Shown: one piece after another, positions 51,001-60,716 of the stretch
Layout: every line of letters begins with the position of its first letter
How positions within the stretch are numbered: position 1 is the first letter of the stretch
DNA from: Hyaloraphidium curvatum SAG 235-1
Taxonomy: Eukaryota > Fungi > Monoblepharomycota
Direction of reading: 5' to 3'
Assembly: GCA_025558095.1 (NCBI GenBank)
Contig: JAIVFI010000011.1
Location: forward strand, 496,001-560,000
Length of the DNA stretch: 64,000 bases
The notes under the pieces: model-generated
What the model was told of the DNA's origin: nothing
Database searches by the model: none
The model's input: the letters and a program-made list of their open reading frames with translations, nothing else
Made by a program: the position numbers and the translations under genes

Positions 51001-51665
51001 CGTGGTATGGGGGCCCGGCGGGATTGTGATTGCGACGTGGCGAGGCAAGTTCCGAAGGGACCGCGGATTTCGAATCGCGGGGCGCTGCCCTCACCGCCTC
51101 ACAGCACGATGGAACCGGAAAGTAGACACTGCTGTACATCGCAGACGCAGATTGCAGCGGATGCACTCGCCTGGTTTCCCTTTCAGGATCTTCGGAGCGG
51201 CACGACGCCCGAGGCAGCGCCTGGCCCGGTGAGATCCCGGGCAAGTTGCGCAGCCGGCTATCTTGAGGACTACGCTGCCCAGGCTCCGGGAAAGACAGCG
51301 GGTCGGGTCCGCCCTTCGCAATCCGGAGGACGCTCAGGAACCCGGATTTCTTGAACGATCCCTGTGTGATGCGGTGCGGACAGAGCGAAGCGATCCGGGG
51401 CAGGTCCCTTTCCCTCCGGCCGAGACCCCATGCAGGGGGATCGCACCTTCCTCCTGACTGCTGCATCTGCTTGTGCGGCGATTTTGTGCCATGCACGAGC
51501 GCGTGACGTAGCGGATCGCAATCTCGTTGGAGGAGACACTGGCTCGGCGGCGAACGGGCCCGTGTACCTGTTCAAGTGCCTCGGGCGCCGGTGGTCTCGT
51601 AAAGTGGGTCAGCTGCATGACACCTGGATGGCTAGCTCCTCATTACAACACACACCCAAACCAAA

Positions 51666-51815
51666 CGGATCGATCGATCCGCGGATCGGTGCAGTTGTCG
51701 CGGACCGGATTTCTCGACGAATCCGATCCGGTCCGTTCAGGACGGATTGCTCCTTCTTGGCGATCCGATCCGGTCCGATCCGCAATCCGGTCCGCTTTTC
51801 CGCGGATTGATCCGG
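51666..51815. repeat. Cluster of ATCCG/CGGAT/GGTCCG short repeats in both orientations (MITE-end-like)
   Basis: For example atccgatccggtccg and gatccgatccggtccgatccgcaatccggtccg. Confidence 0.45.
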
Positions 51816-52034
51816 TGCGTTCGAAGACTTGGTGCGGTGGGGCATTGCGCGGACCCTTTCCCACCCCCGCCAAGACATCCCACCAGCTGTGCACGAGACT
51901 CTGCTTCTGTCTCTGCCTACTGCATCTCCGACGGTCGTTTGCGGAGTCCGAGCTCCAGATCCGGTGGAGGGCGCACCCGTTTGGTGGAGACACCGTCCCC
52001 GTGCCTGAACTCTGCCCGGCGCGATACGCGAGCA

Positions 52035-53489
52035 ATGGCGTCTCCCGCGGATCCTCCGCCGCCGGACGTCGCCGATCGCCACGACGAGGCCAAAACTCCG
52101 GCGCCGCTCACGCTCTCCGCCGCCGAAAGGCGCGCCGTGCTCCCCGCCGACGCCGAGTTCGCGGCGGGCTCCGCGGTCCTCGACGACCGCGCCCTCCTCG
52201 CCGGGCTCGACGGCCTGCCCGTCCTGCACATCCTGACAAGAATCTACCTGACTCGCACGTTCACTTTCCTGGGAAGGACCTACGGCGTTTGGATCATCCT
52301 GCTCTGCATCTTCTGGCTGCTCCTGCTCGCCCCGACCCTGGTGTTCGACAGCCAGCTGGGCACCTTCCCCGCCAAGAACGGCGCGGTGGGCGCCGTTGCA
52401 GTGGCGCTATTTGCCGGCGCCTGCATCTGGCTGGGCGCCCTGTCCGTCTTCCAGGGCCTGCACTTTGCCACCGCGCCCGTCGCGTCGTGGGATTCGCACC
52501 CGTTTGCGGTGCTGGTGCGGTGGCGGCAGCTGCTCAAAGCGGGCAACGAAGCGGCGTCGGTGCTGGTGCGGCACGACCCGGCGGACCTCCTGTGCCCGTG
52601 CCCGCGGCCCTCGTGTTCGGGCCCGCTCATGCGCTCGACCTGGGTCCTGTACCTCCTGGACCCGGCCCTGCAGTGGACCATCTGCATCGGCGGCCACGTG
52701 CTGGCCATGTGGACCCTGTGCGTGACCTTTGCGACGCTCATGTGGACGACGTGGTGGAGCATCGTCCTGTTCGTCCCCTACGCCGCATCCGTCTTCGTCT
52801 ACTTCCTCCCGACCTTCCTCCTGATGCCATACAACACCCCCAGCGCGCGGATCCTGGGGCTCGCCGGGCGCCTGCAGCACCGCGCCATCGCGGTGCTGCT
52901 CGCCGACATGCTCGAACGGCACCGGCTCGCTGCGCGGCCCGGCGGCACCCCGACGATCCCCGCCTCGGAGGAACCCTACGTCGCCCTGCACCTCAAGCTG
53001 AAGGAACTCTGGCCCGTGCAGCTGAGGTTCGTCTCCTCGGGCCGCGGCCAGGTGGCCGTCACCGGCTCGTCCATCTGCATCGGGATGCTGCTGAGCGCCG
53101 TCGCGGGGGGTTGCGTGCCGCTGTGGCTCCCCGTGCTGCTGTCGCTGTGGTTCCCCATGTTCTTCGACTCGCTCGTCGCCGTGGCGGCGCTCAACGCGCA
53201 GATCGACCACGTCTCCGCGCTGTACCGCCAAGCGGAGGGCGACGTCCTGCTGCTCCGCTCCGTCGCCATGCGCGCGGCACCGGGGGCGGGTGCTTCCCTG
53301 GCGCTGCACGGCGAGCTGCTGGCGCTGTTTGCGCAGACCGAGGGGCTGAGGGCGCGGTTCCTGGGCTTCGTGGTGGACGCGGGCGTGGTGCGGACCTTTG
53401 TCGTCACCGTGATCACGCTCAGCTTCGGCGTGTGGAGCGTCTTCCGCGCCGCGGGGGTGTACTTTACCGTGGAGATGATGTGCAAATGA
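52035..53489 (+). CDS. Multi-pass membrane protein, gustatory-receptor-like (7TMIC/DUF3537-like) candidate
   Basis: 484-aa intronless ORF with about 7 hydrophobic segments. The C-terminal ARFLGFVVDAGVVRTFVVTVITLSFGVW resembles the GR/DUF3537 TM7 signature. The coding call is firm; the family call is tentative. Confidence 0.6.
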   Translation: MASPADPPPPDVADRHDEAKTPAPLTLSAAERRAVLPADAEFAAGSAVLDDRALLAGLDGLPVLHILTRIYLTRTFTFLGRTYGVWIILLCIFWLLLLAPTLVFDSQLGTFPAKNGAVGAVAVALFAGACIWLGALSVFQGLHFATAPVASWDSHPFAVLVRWRQLLKAGNEAASVLVRHDPADLLCPCPRPSCSGPLMRSTWVLYLLDPALQWTICIGGHVLAMWTLCVTFATLMWTTWWSIVLFVPYAASVFVYFLPTFLLMPYNTPSARILGLAGRLQHRAIAVLLADMLERHRLAARPGGTPTIPASEEPYVALHLKLKELWPVQLRFVSSGRGQVAVTGSSICIGMLLSAVAGGCVPLWLPVLLSLWFPMFFDSLVAVAALNAQIDHVSALYRQAEGDVLLLRSVAMRAAPGAGASLALHGELLALFAQTEGLRARFLGFVVDAGVVRTFVVTVITLSFGVWSVFRAAGVYFTVEMMCK

Positions 53490-54176
53490 ATCCGGCAGTG
53501 GTTTGTTGGGTGATGCACTGATGCATTCGTTCTGGTCCGCGGGCTGTGCCGGCGCGGGGAGATCGGGCGCCACCCGGGGGACGGATGGGGCACCCGGCGG
53601 CCCGAAAACAACTTCCAAAGATACGGCCAAGCAAAATGGAGGGCGACTGGAGTGTTGATCTGGGGCCCGGCCGGGTCCGGGGTTCTCGGTCCCGCCGCCA
53701 CTTGTAAGGGGGCCAGTGCGGGCCACCATGCCGGCTGCGGAGCCCAAAGGTGCACGATGGCATTGAACGGTCTCCTTCTGCCGCTAAAGGGTAGTTTTGG
53801 GGACGGTGGATGGTGCCGGCCGGTTAGGTGTCCCTGTGAATGAGGCGGGCGGTGGCGGGGGTCTACTGGTGTCCGCAGCCGTCTTTTCCTCACCTCGGGC
53901 CCCCGCCGCGGCCGCCTCCGCCGCCGCCTCCGCGCCGCGACCGCCTCGCCCCGCCTGCGCCGCACGTTTGCCCGCCGTCCGCGCGGGAGCCAGCGGAGAG
54001 ACCAACGGGGGCGGGTTCACAGCCCCGCTGTGCTGGCGCACCGCCATTCGGTAGTTTCGGCCAACCCGCCGCCGGCCCCTGAGCGGTCGGGCGGCGCTTA
54101 GGCGGCGTTCGGGCAACCGGGACCGCGGTCGAGGCGGGGCAGGGCGGGCTAGCGGCCTGCGCCCGCCGCGCGCGCC

Positions 54177-55871
54177 ATGTCGGCCGTCACGCTCTGCGCG
54201 GCCACGCTGCCGGCCGAGGAGGGCGCGCCCGGCTTCGGCATGACGGCGAAGCTGCGGCTGCAGCGCGGCGACCGGTGGGACGACGTGGCGCGGCGGCTCG
54301 CGGCGGCCCTCGCCGCCGACCCCGCCTCGCTGCTGTACCTCGACGCGCGCGGCCGCCCCGTCGCCGCCGCGGACGACGCCGCGCTGGGCATCCTGCTGGA
54401 CGACGCGGAGCGGCTGTTCGAGTGGCTAAGGCCGCGCGGGATGGACGAGCTGGTGTGCGTGCTGGGCGGGCCGCGGACCGACGCGGCCCGCGCCGTCGAG
54501 GCGCTCAAGTGGGAGCGCGCGCTGTGGGGCGCGCCGCCGTCCGTCGCAGAGGGCGCATCGGCCGCTGCTGCTGCCCTCGCCACGGGCACGGACGCCGACC
54601 AGGAGCCCTCGATCTCCGTCACACCCGCCGAGCCCGCCTCGGCCGCCCCCGCCTCGGCACCCGCCCCGTCCGGCGAGCCCGCGCTCCCCTCCCCCTCGGC
54701 GCTCTTCTCGGACCACCCGCACCACTCCTTCCGCCGCCCCCCCGGCGCGCTCGGCCCGCTCCCCCTGCCGGCCGTCCCCATGCACATGATCCCCACGCCC
54801 GGCGGCACCTACCCGGCCCCCTCGCCGGGCTACTCCCCCGCGCTGTCGCCGTTCGACCGCCCCGGCACCGCAGGGAGCGGGCAGGGGGGTTACTTCCCGC
54901 ACCCGGGCTACTTTGGCGCCTACAACCCCGCGTGGTCCGGGCCGGGGCATGGGTACCGCCCGCCGCAGGGCGATCCGGCGGGGTACTACGCCGCGGCCCC
55001 GGGTTACGGGTACCCGCCCCCCGGGTACCCCGGCCCGGCGCAGATGCACCAACCCCGCCCGCCGCAGCAGGCCAAGGACGCCGCGACCGGGCTGCTCGTC
55101 CCCGGCGGCGACGTGGGGGCGGACGGAAGCGGGATGCTGGACGCCAAGGCCGCCCGCTCGCCCTCGGAGCTCGCGGCATCGGCGCTGTTCGAGGCCGCGC
55201 AGCCGCGGTGGCCCTCGGGGGAGCACACGGCGGTCGACGCCGGCACCGCGGCGTCGGGGGGCTACGCGCCCGATTACTATGACCCCGCGCAGCAAGGCTA
55301 CCCGGGGGGCGCCGAGGAGGCGTGGGCAAACTACCACGCCGCCGCCGCGGCCGCGGCCGCCGCGTACGGCCACGCGCCCGCCCCCGTGCAGGCCGGCGGC
55401 GAAGCCAAGCGCGCGCGCGCCCCCGCGCGGCGCTCCGCCACCCCCGACGGCTCCGCGTCCCCCACGGGGGCCGGCACCGGCGGCGGCGGCGGCGGCAACG
55501 CCGGCGGCTCGGGCCCGTTCGCCTGCCCCATGTGCGGCAAGCGGTTCACGCGCAGGTTCAACCTGCACTCGCACCAGCTCAGCCACAACGGCCTGCGGCC
55601 GTACAGCTGCACCCACCCCGGGTGCGACAAGAGCTTTGCGCGCAAGCACGACCTCAAGCGGCACGCCAAGCTGCACGGGGAGAAGGAGTTTGCGTGCCCC
55701 CGCTGCGGCGGGCGGTTCGCGAGGGGGGACGCGATGGAGAGGCACAAGAGGAGCAGCTGCAGGGGTCCCGGGGGCGCGCCGAGGGGGGCCGGGGGGAGGA
55801 AGAAGAGGGAGGCGAGCGAGGAGGAGGACGGGGAGGGCGAGGTGGAGGTGGACGAGGGGGCGTGGCAGTGA
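54177..55871 (+). CDS. C2H2 zinc-finger transcription factor (3 fingers)
   Basis: CPMCGKRFTRRFNLHSHQLSH-NGLRPYS-CTHPGCDKSFARKHDLKRHAKLH-GEKEFA-CPRCGGRFARGDAMERH. Confidence 0.9.
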   Translation: MSAVTLCAATLPAEEGAPGFGMTAKLRLQRGDRWDDVARRLAAALAADPASLLYLDARGRPVAAADDAALGILLDDAERLFEWLRPRGMDELVCVLGGPRTDAARAVEALKWERALWGAPPSVAEGASAAAAALATGTDADQEPSISVTPAEPASAAPASAPAPSGEPALPSPSALFSDHPHHSFRRPPGALGPLPLPAVPMHMIPTPGGTYPAPSPGYSPALSPFDRPGTAGSGQGGYFPHPGYFGAYNPAWSGPGHGYRPPQGDPAGYYAAAPGYGYPPPGYPGPAQMHQPRPPQQAKDAATGLLVPGGDVGADGSGMLDAKAARSPSELAASALFEAAQPRWPSGEHTAVDAGTAASGGYAPDYYDPAQQGYPGGAEEAWANYHAAAAAAAAAYGHAPAPVQAGGEAKRARAPARRSATPDGSASPTGAGTGGGGGGNAGGSGPFACPMCGKRFTRRFNLHSHQLSHNGLRPYSCTHPGCDKSFARKHDLKRHAKLHGEKEFACPRCGGRFARGDAMERHKRSSCRGPGGAPRGAGGRKKREASEEEDGEGEVEVDEGAWQ

Positions 55872-56298
55872 TCGGTCTTTGCGGGGAGGAGGGGAGCATG
55901 TACTAGCAGACGGAGGGTAATCTTGCGCCGGTGGCGCCTATCGATTGATCGGATTCGTCGGAGCCGTTGACAAGAGCGTGAGCGCATGACTCCGTCGGCT
56001 GGGAAATTGCACGGACGCGGTCTCGGCGCGAGTGCCGCACCAAACCTCAGTCCTACTGCTGACCGGATCGCGGTCGGTCTCGGCCCCGTCGTGGCTCGCC
56101 AAGGGGCGGCACGGTCGCAATCGGAGCGCTCTCGTGCGCAGGGCGCTGCTGGCTCTTCCACCCGCCGTGAGACTCGACAGTGTAAGTCATAGTGCGTCGA
56201 ACGTGCGCGGCGCAGCGCGCAAGAGTCACGCCGCGCCTTCATCGAGGAACTCGTGGTAGCAAGCTTCGCTTGACATTCTTGATTTGTCTGCCGAGCAC

Positions 56299-57214
56299 AT
56301 GGCCCAGAAGCGGTCTACGGCCAGCACGGGCCATGTTTTGGTCCCTGCCAGCTCCTCGGACGTGCCTTTCACGAACGTCGAAGACCTTAGTGACGACGCC
56401 GAGTTTTGGTGGCTCGCTGTTCCACCAAGCTTTCTCAATCGTTGCATGCGGCGGCTCACGCGCAGTTGGAGCATCAACTGGGTCCCTGGCATGGAAGCAC
56501 GGGAGTCACTTCCAGGAATCAACACAATCACCTTGTCATTTACCATTTCAGGCTTAGCAACCGGCTTCATCTTCGTTGTAAGTGACATTCCGGCGCTTGC
56601 CAACCTCTGGACCTCACATTCAAGCTGTCAAGGCACTCGTTGTGCCCCCACCTGACTTCTCTCGGTCCTCATGGGGATCCACGGATGATCGTACGCGCGC
56701 ATTTATCTTCTTCGGGTTTCTATCTTTTGGGCTTTGCTTGGTGGCCACTTTATGGTGCTCGCAGTTCCTAAGCCTTTTCGATGAGGCAGTCGATCAGCGT
56801 GCGTTTCTGAGGCGCCACTGCTATTGGCTAATCGTGCCGATTATGGTTCTGCAAATTGGCTTGGTGAGAGCCTTCATCATGGACCTTGCTTGCCCTTCCT
56901 GACTTGCACGGAAGATCTTTATGCTCTGCACTATCCTCGTGGTGGTTTCCGCATTTTATGAGCTTGTCAGCTTCATCTGCATTGCTGTGCTCAGCGTATT
57001 CATCGTCTTTCTCAACTTCTATGTTTCACTGTTTGCCATGGTGCCACTCAGTGTGCAGGAGCAATGGCGTCAGTACAATAGTGCCGTCAGGGCAGCAATG
57101 GCATCTGGCCGAAGAATCGTGCTCACCAAGGAAGACCGGGATTTGTGGGGAGAGAAATGGAAGGGATGGATAGCCCGCGGCCCGCCGAATGCCCCACGGC
57201 TCGCGGAGATGTGA
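56299..57214 (+). CDS. Small multi-pass membrane protein (spliced; possibly PGG-domain-like)
   Basis: Three consecutive hydrophobic ORF segments can be joined by GT-AG introns (donors GTAAGT near 56578 and GTGAGA near 56863). Confidence 0.5.
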
Positions 57215-57454
57215 TGTTGTGCCGTACAGGATAAAAGCAGATAGAGTACCGCTGTATGGCCAGTCTTTTTTTCTCTTGGAACGGCAGCGGCGTTATGATC
57301 CGTTGAAAAGGCCGCAGCTTGCGGCACAGCCGTTTCGGGATTCCCCGCAAGGGTCCGTGCGCAACACCCAGCGTCCGCAGCCCACCGCCCGGCGCTCCCG
57401 GGCCGCAATTCCATTCATTCAATGCGCGGGTCCGTGGCCGCGGAACGCATTCCG

Positions 57455-59802
57455 ATGCGAGCGCTGCTGCTCGCCGCGCTGTCCTGCGCGCTCCTCGCGT
57501 CGCCGCCCGCCCTCGCCGGGTCGCTGCGCTCGCTCCCGCCCGGCTTCGCTGCCCGAACCGCCGTCTCGAACCTCGGCCCGCTGGTGGATTCCTGCTCCAT
57601 CGACGCCCGGCGCGCCCTCGTGCTCTCCAAGACCGGCCGCGTCTTCCTAATCGCCCCGGACCGCCCGCCCGTCCTGTCGCTGGACCTCGCCGCGGCCCGC
57701 GCCCTGCTCGTCGACGGCGAGAGCGGGCTCATGTCGTGCCTGGCAGACGGCGCCGACGTGTGGCTGTACTACTCGCTGCGCCCGCACCAGGTCTTTTCCC
57801 GGTGGCGGCTCGGAGGCGACGGCCGCATTGACGCCCGTAGCGAAACGGTCCTCCTGACCCTGCCCACCTCCGGGCGCGCGTTCCACACCGGCTCCTCGCT
57901 CGCATGGTCGCACGACGGGCGGCGCATATTCCTGGCGCGGGGGGACGGCTCGACGTGCGACCCGGACGGGGTGGCGGACTGCGCGCTGGTGCAGGACCCC
58001 GGGTCGTACGACGGCAAGATGCTCAGGCTGGGGAGGGACGGGAGGGGGGTGCCTGGGAATCCGATGTGGGAGGGGGCCGGGGAGAGCGCGCGGTCGAGGG
58101 TGTTTGCGTGGGGTGGGTTGCGCCGGGCGGAAAGCGCTGGATGCGTCCTGATCGGTGCGGTCGCAGGGTTCCGCAACCCGTGGACGTTTGCGGTCGTGCC
58201 GGGGTCGGACGACCTGCTTGTGTTTGACGTCGGCAAGGTGGGTTTCGCCGTTTTGCATCCATGCATCCATCGTTTGACCGCCCCGCCCCCGATCAGAACC
58301 GCATGGAGACCGTGCACCGCGTCTCGGCGGGCACCCAGGCCAACTGGCCCTGCTACGAAGGCACCCTCGACCACTCCACGGCGCAGGCCAGCTGGAACCG
58401 CCGCCCCCAGCCCGTCAAGTGCCAGAACATGCTCACGCCCGTGAACCTCTCCTCCGTGGCCTACGCGATGCCGCACAACGGGCAGGGCGCGTGCATCATC
58501 GGCGGCGCCATGCTGTCGGGGGAGCACTACCCGCCCGCCTTCGCGGGTCGGTACGTGTTTGCCGACTTTGTCCGCGGGACGGTGAACATCGCCGATCCGG
58601 CCTTCGGCAACGTGATGCAGTTTGCCCGCGCGACGGCAATCTCGCGGATCAAGCTCGGGCCGTCGGGCCGCGTATGGTTCCTCAGCACCGACGACGGCAC
58701 CGTGCAGGAGCTCTCCTTCCCCTCGCACACCCCGTCCTCGCCGCCGCCTCTACCTCCCCCACCTTCCCCGCCTCCCTCGCAAACGAATTGCACCAACCCC
58801 ACCACCCGCGGCACCGTCCCCCCCCTCTCCCCCCCTTTCCGCCCTCTCATGTTCGCCACCGCCCCCGAGCTCGGCTACACGTGCACCACCTCGGCCTCGC
58901 TCCCGTGCGCGATCGACGGCCGCATGGACGGCCTCCGCGAGGGCGGCGTCCGTCCGGCATCGCTGATGGGCAGGAGGTTCTCCCGCGGGTTCGGGGTGCG
59001 GGGGGACAGCAACGTCACGATCCCGCTGGGGGCCATGTGCGGGTCGATGTGGGGGTTCGTGGGGGTCGACGACAGCGGGTCGGGCACGGCGAGGGTGCGG
59101 TTCGAGGTGCTGGTGGACGGGAGGTCGGCGTTCAGGAGCGAGAGGTGGGTGTCTCCTTGCGGATCGCGTGTGAGGGGCGCTGATCGGGTGCGGCGGCAGG
59201 AGGAGGAGGGGCGGGATCGCGGCGTACAGGGTCAACCTCGTGGGAGCCAGGTCCGTGAGCCTCGTCACGAGGGTGCTGGCGCCGGGGGAGCACGACTCGT
59301 TCTGGGCGGATCCGATCCTCTCTTGGTGGGTTGCTGCTCTCCGTTCGCCGTCCGACGCGAGCGATCTGACGACATCCGTGCAGCGGACCTGACTCGCCGT
59401 ACCTCCCCGCACTGTCCGTGCGACCCCTCCTGCGCCGCTTCCTCACCGAGCCCGGGCGCGTGGTCAACGTGACGGCAAACGCGCGCCACGGCGTGACCGG
59501 CCGTCCCTTGCCGGAATCATCCTACGCATGGCAGCTGAACATCCGGCACTGCCAAGGCAGGTCTCCCTCCGCATTCCTATGCATCCCGCGCTGATTTGCC
59601 GCCAGGCGACCTCTGCCACACGCACACGGGCCAGCGCTTCGCCCCTCCCGGCCCCTCGGGCGGTTTCGAGATGCCCGACCACCCGGGGTGCATATGGTAC
59701 GAGACGCAGCTCGAGGTGGCGGACGAGTGCGGGCGGAAAACGTGGGGGATCGTGTCGTTCGCGGTGCCGAGCAGGTCGGCGCTGTGCGCGTCGGGGCGGT
59801 GA
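57455..59802 (+). CDS. Secreted glucose/sorbosone dehydrogenase-like beta-propeller with an NPCBM/NEW2 domain (multi-exon)
   Basis: Signal peptide; HTGSSLAWSHDG..IFLARGDG, GKMLRL..DG..NP, GFRNPW, NWPCYEG, YVFADF; NPCBM-like RGFGVRGDS..C..GFVGVDD..VRFEVLVDG. Confidence 0.75.
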
Positions 59803-59834
59803 AGCGTGTATTCGGCCTCGGGCACCTCAGATCA

Positions 59835-60513
59835 CTACGACAGCGGGGGGTAGTAGCCTCCGACGACGGGCGTCGTCGAGGGCCCCGACGGCGTCATCCT
59901 GAAGTACCTGAACTCGAGGCTCCGGGCCTCCCCGAACGTCCACGTCTCGACCGTGCCCTGGCCCGCGTTCGTCGAGATGCTGTAGCTCAGGACCCGCGGC
60001 TCCACGATTTCGTACTCCTGCACGGGTCGCGGGGTAGGGCCGGCACGGACGACGAGCACGACCATGCGCTCCAGCCGGTCGTTCCGGTGCAGCTTCGTCA
60101 TCTGCGAGGGCGGGTCCGCGGCCAGCCCATCCAACACGTTGGCACAATCAGGATGAGCTCGGACAAGCACGAAAAGCGCTGCCCACCAGGACGGGGCTCG
60201 AAATGTCGGGCACCTTGGTGACCGTGAAGGTGTGCGGGAGTGTGCGGGAGTTGAACGAAAAGGTCGTGACCTCGACGAGGTTCTCGTAGCCGCGGTCCCG
60301 TGCCTCGCCGCGCACCGCGCGGCCATCGTCGGTGATGCGCACTGCGGTGCGGAACGCGGAGGGCGGGCGGGAAACGCGGGGTGAGTGGGCTTCGGGCGGA
60401 GCGCTGGGCGGGCGGGACGCACGGTAGATGTCGACGGGCTGCTGCCCCAGGGCCGCGAGAGGCAATATGAAGAGGCACGCCGCGACGGCGGCGAGCAACG
60501 ACCGGAGCTCCAT
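59835..60513 (-). CDS. Small secreted protein of unknown function (spliced)
   Basis: Signal peptide MELRSLLAAVAACLFILPLAALG, GC3-rich exons, stop at 59835. Confidence 0.5.
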
Positions 60514-60716
60514 CTGTTCGACCGAGGCCTGGGGGGATCACTCGCGGGCGGTTTCCGGGTCCGCAAGCCTTGCTGCGGCCAAAGCCGGAAACGACAATGA
60601 CTCGAAGTCAAGATTACGATGCAACTAGTTTCAGCTACAAAATGGTCAAATGATCAAGTTCCTGTGAGGGTAGCGGTATTCCGAAGGAGGTGGGCGAGCA
60701 GACGATGTCAAGCAGG

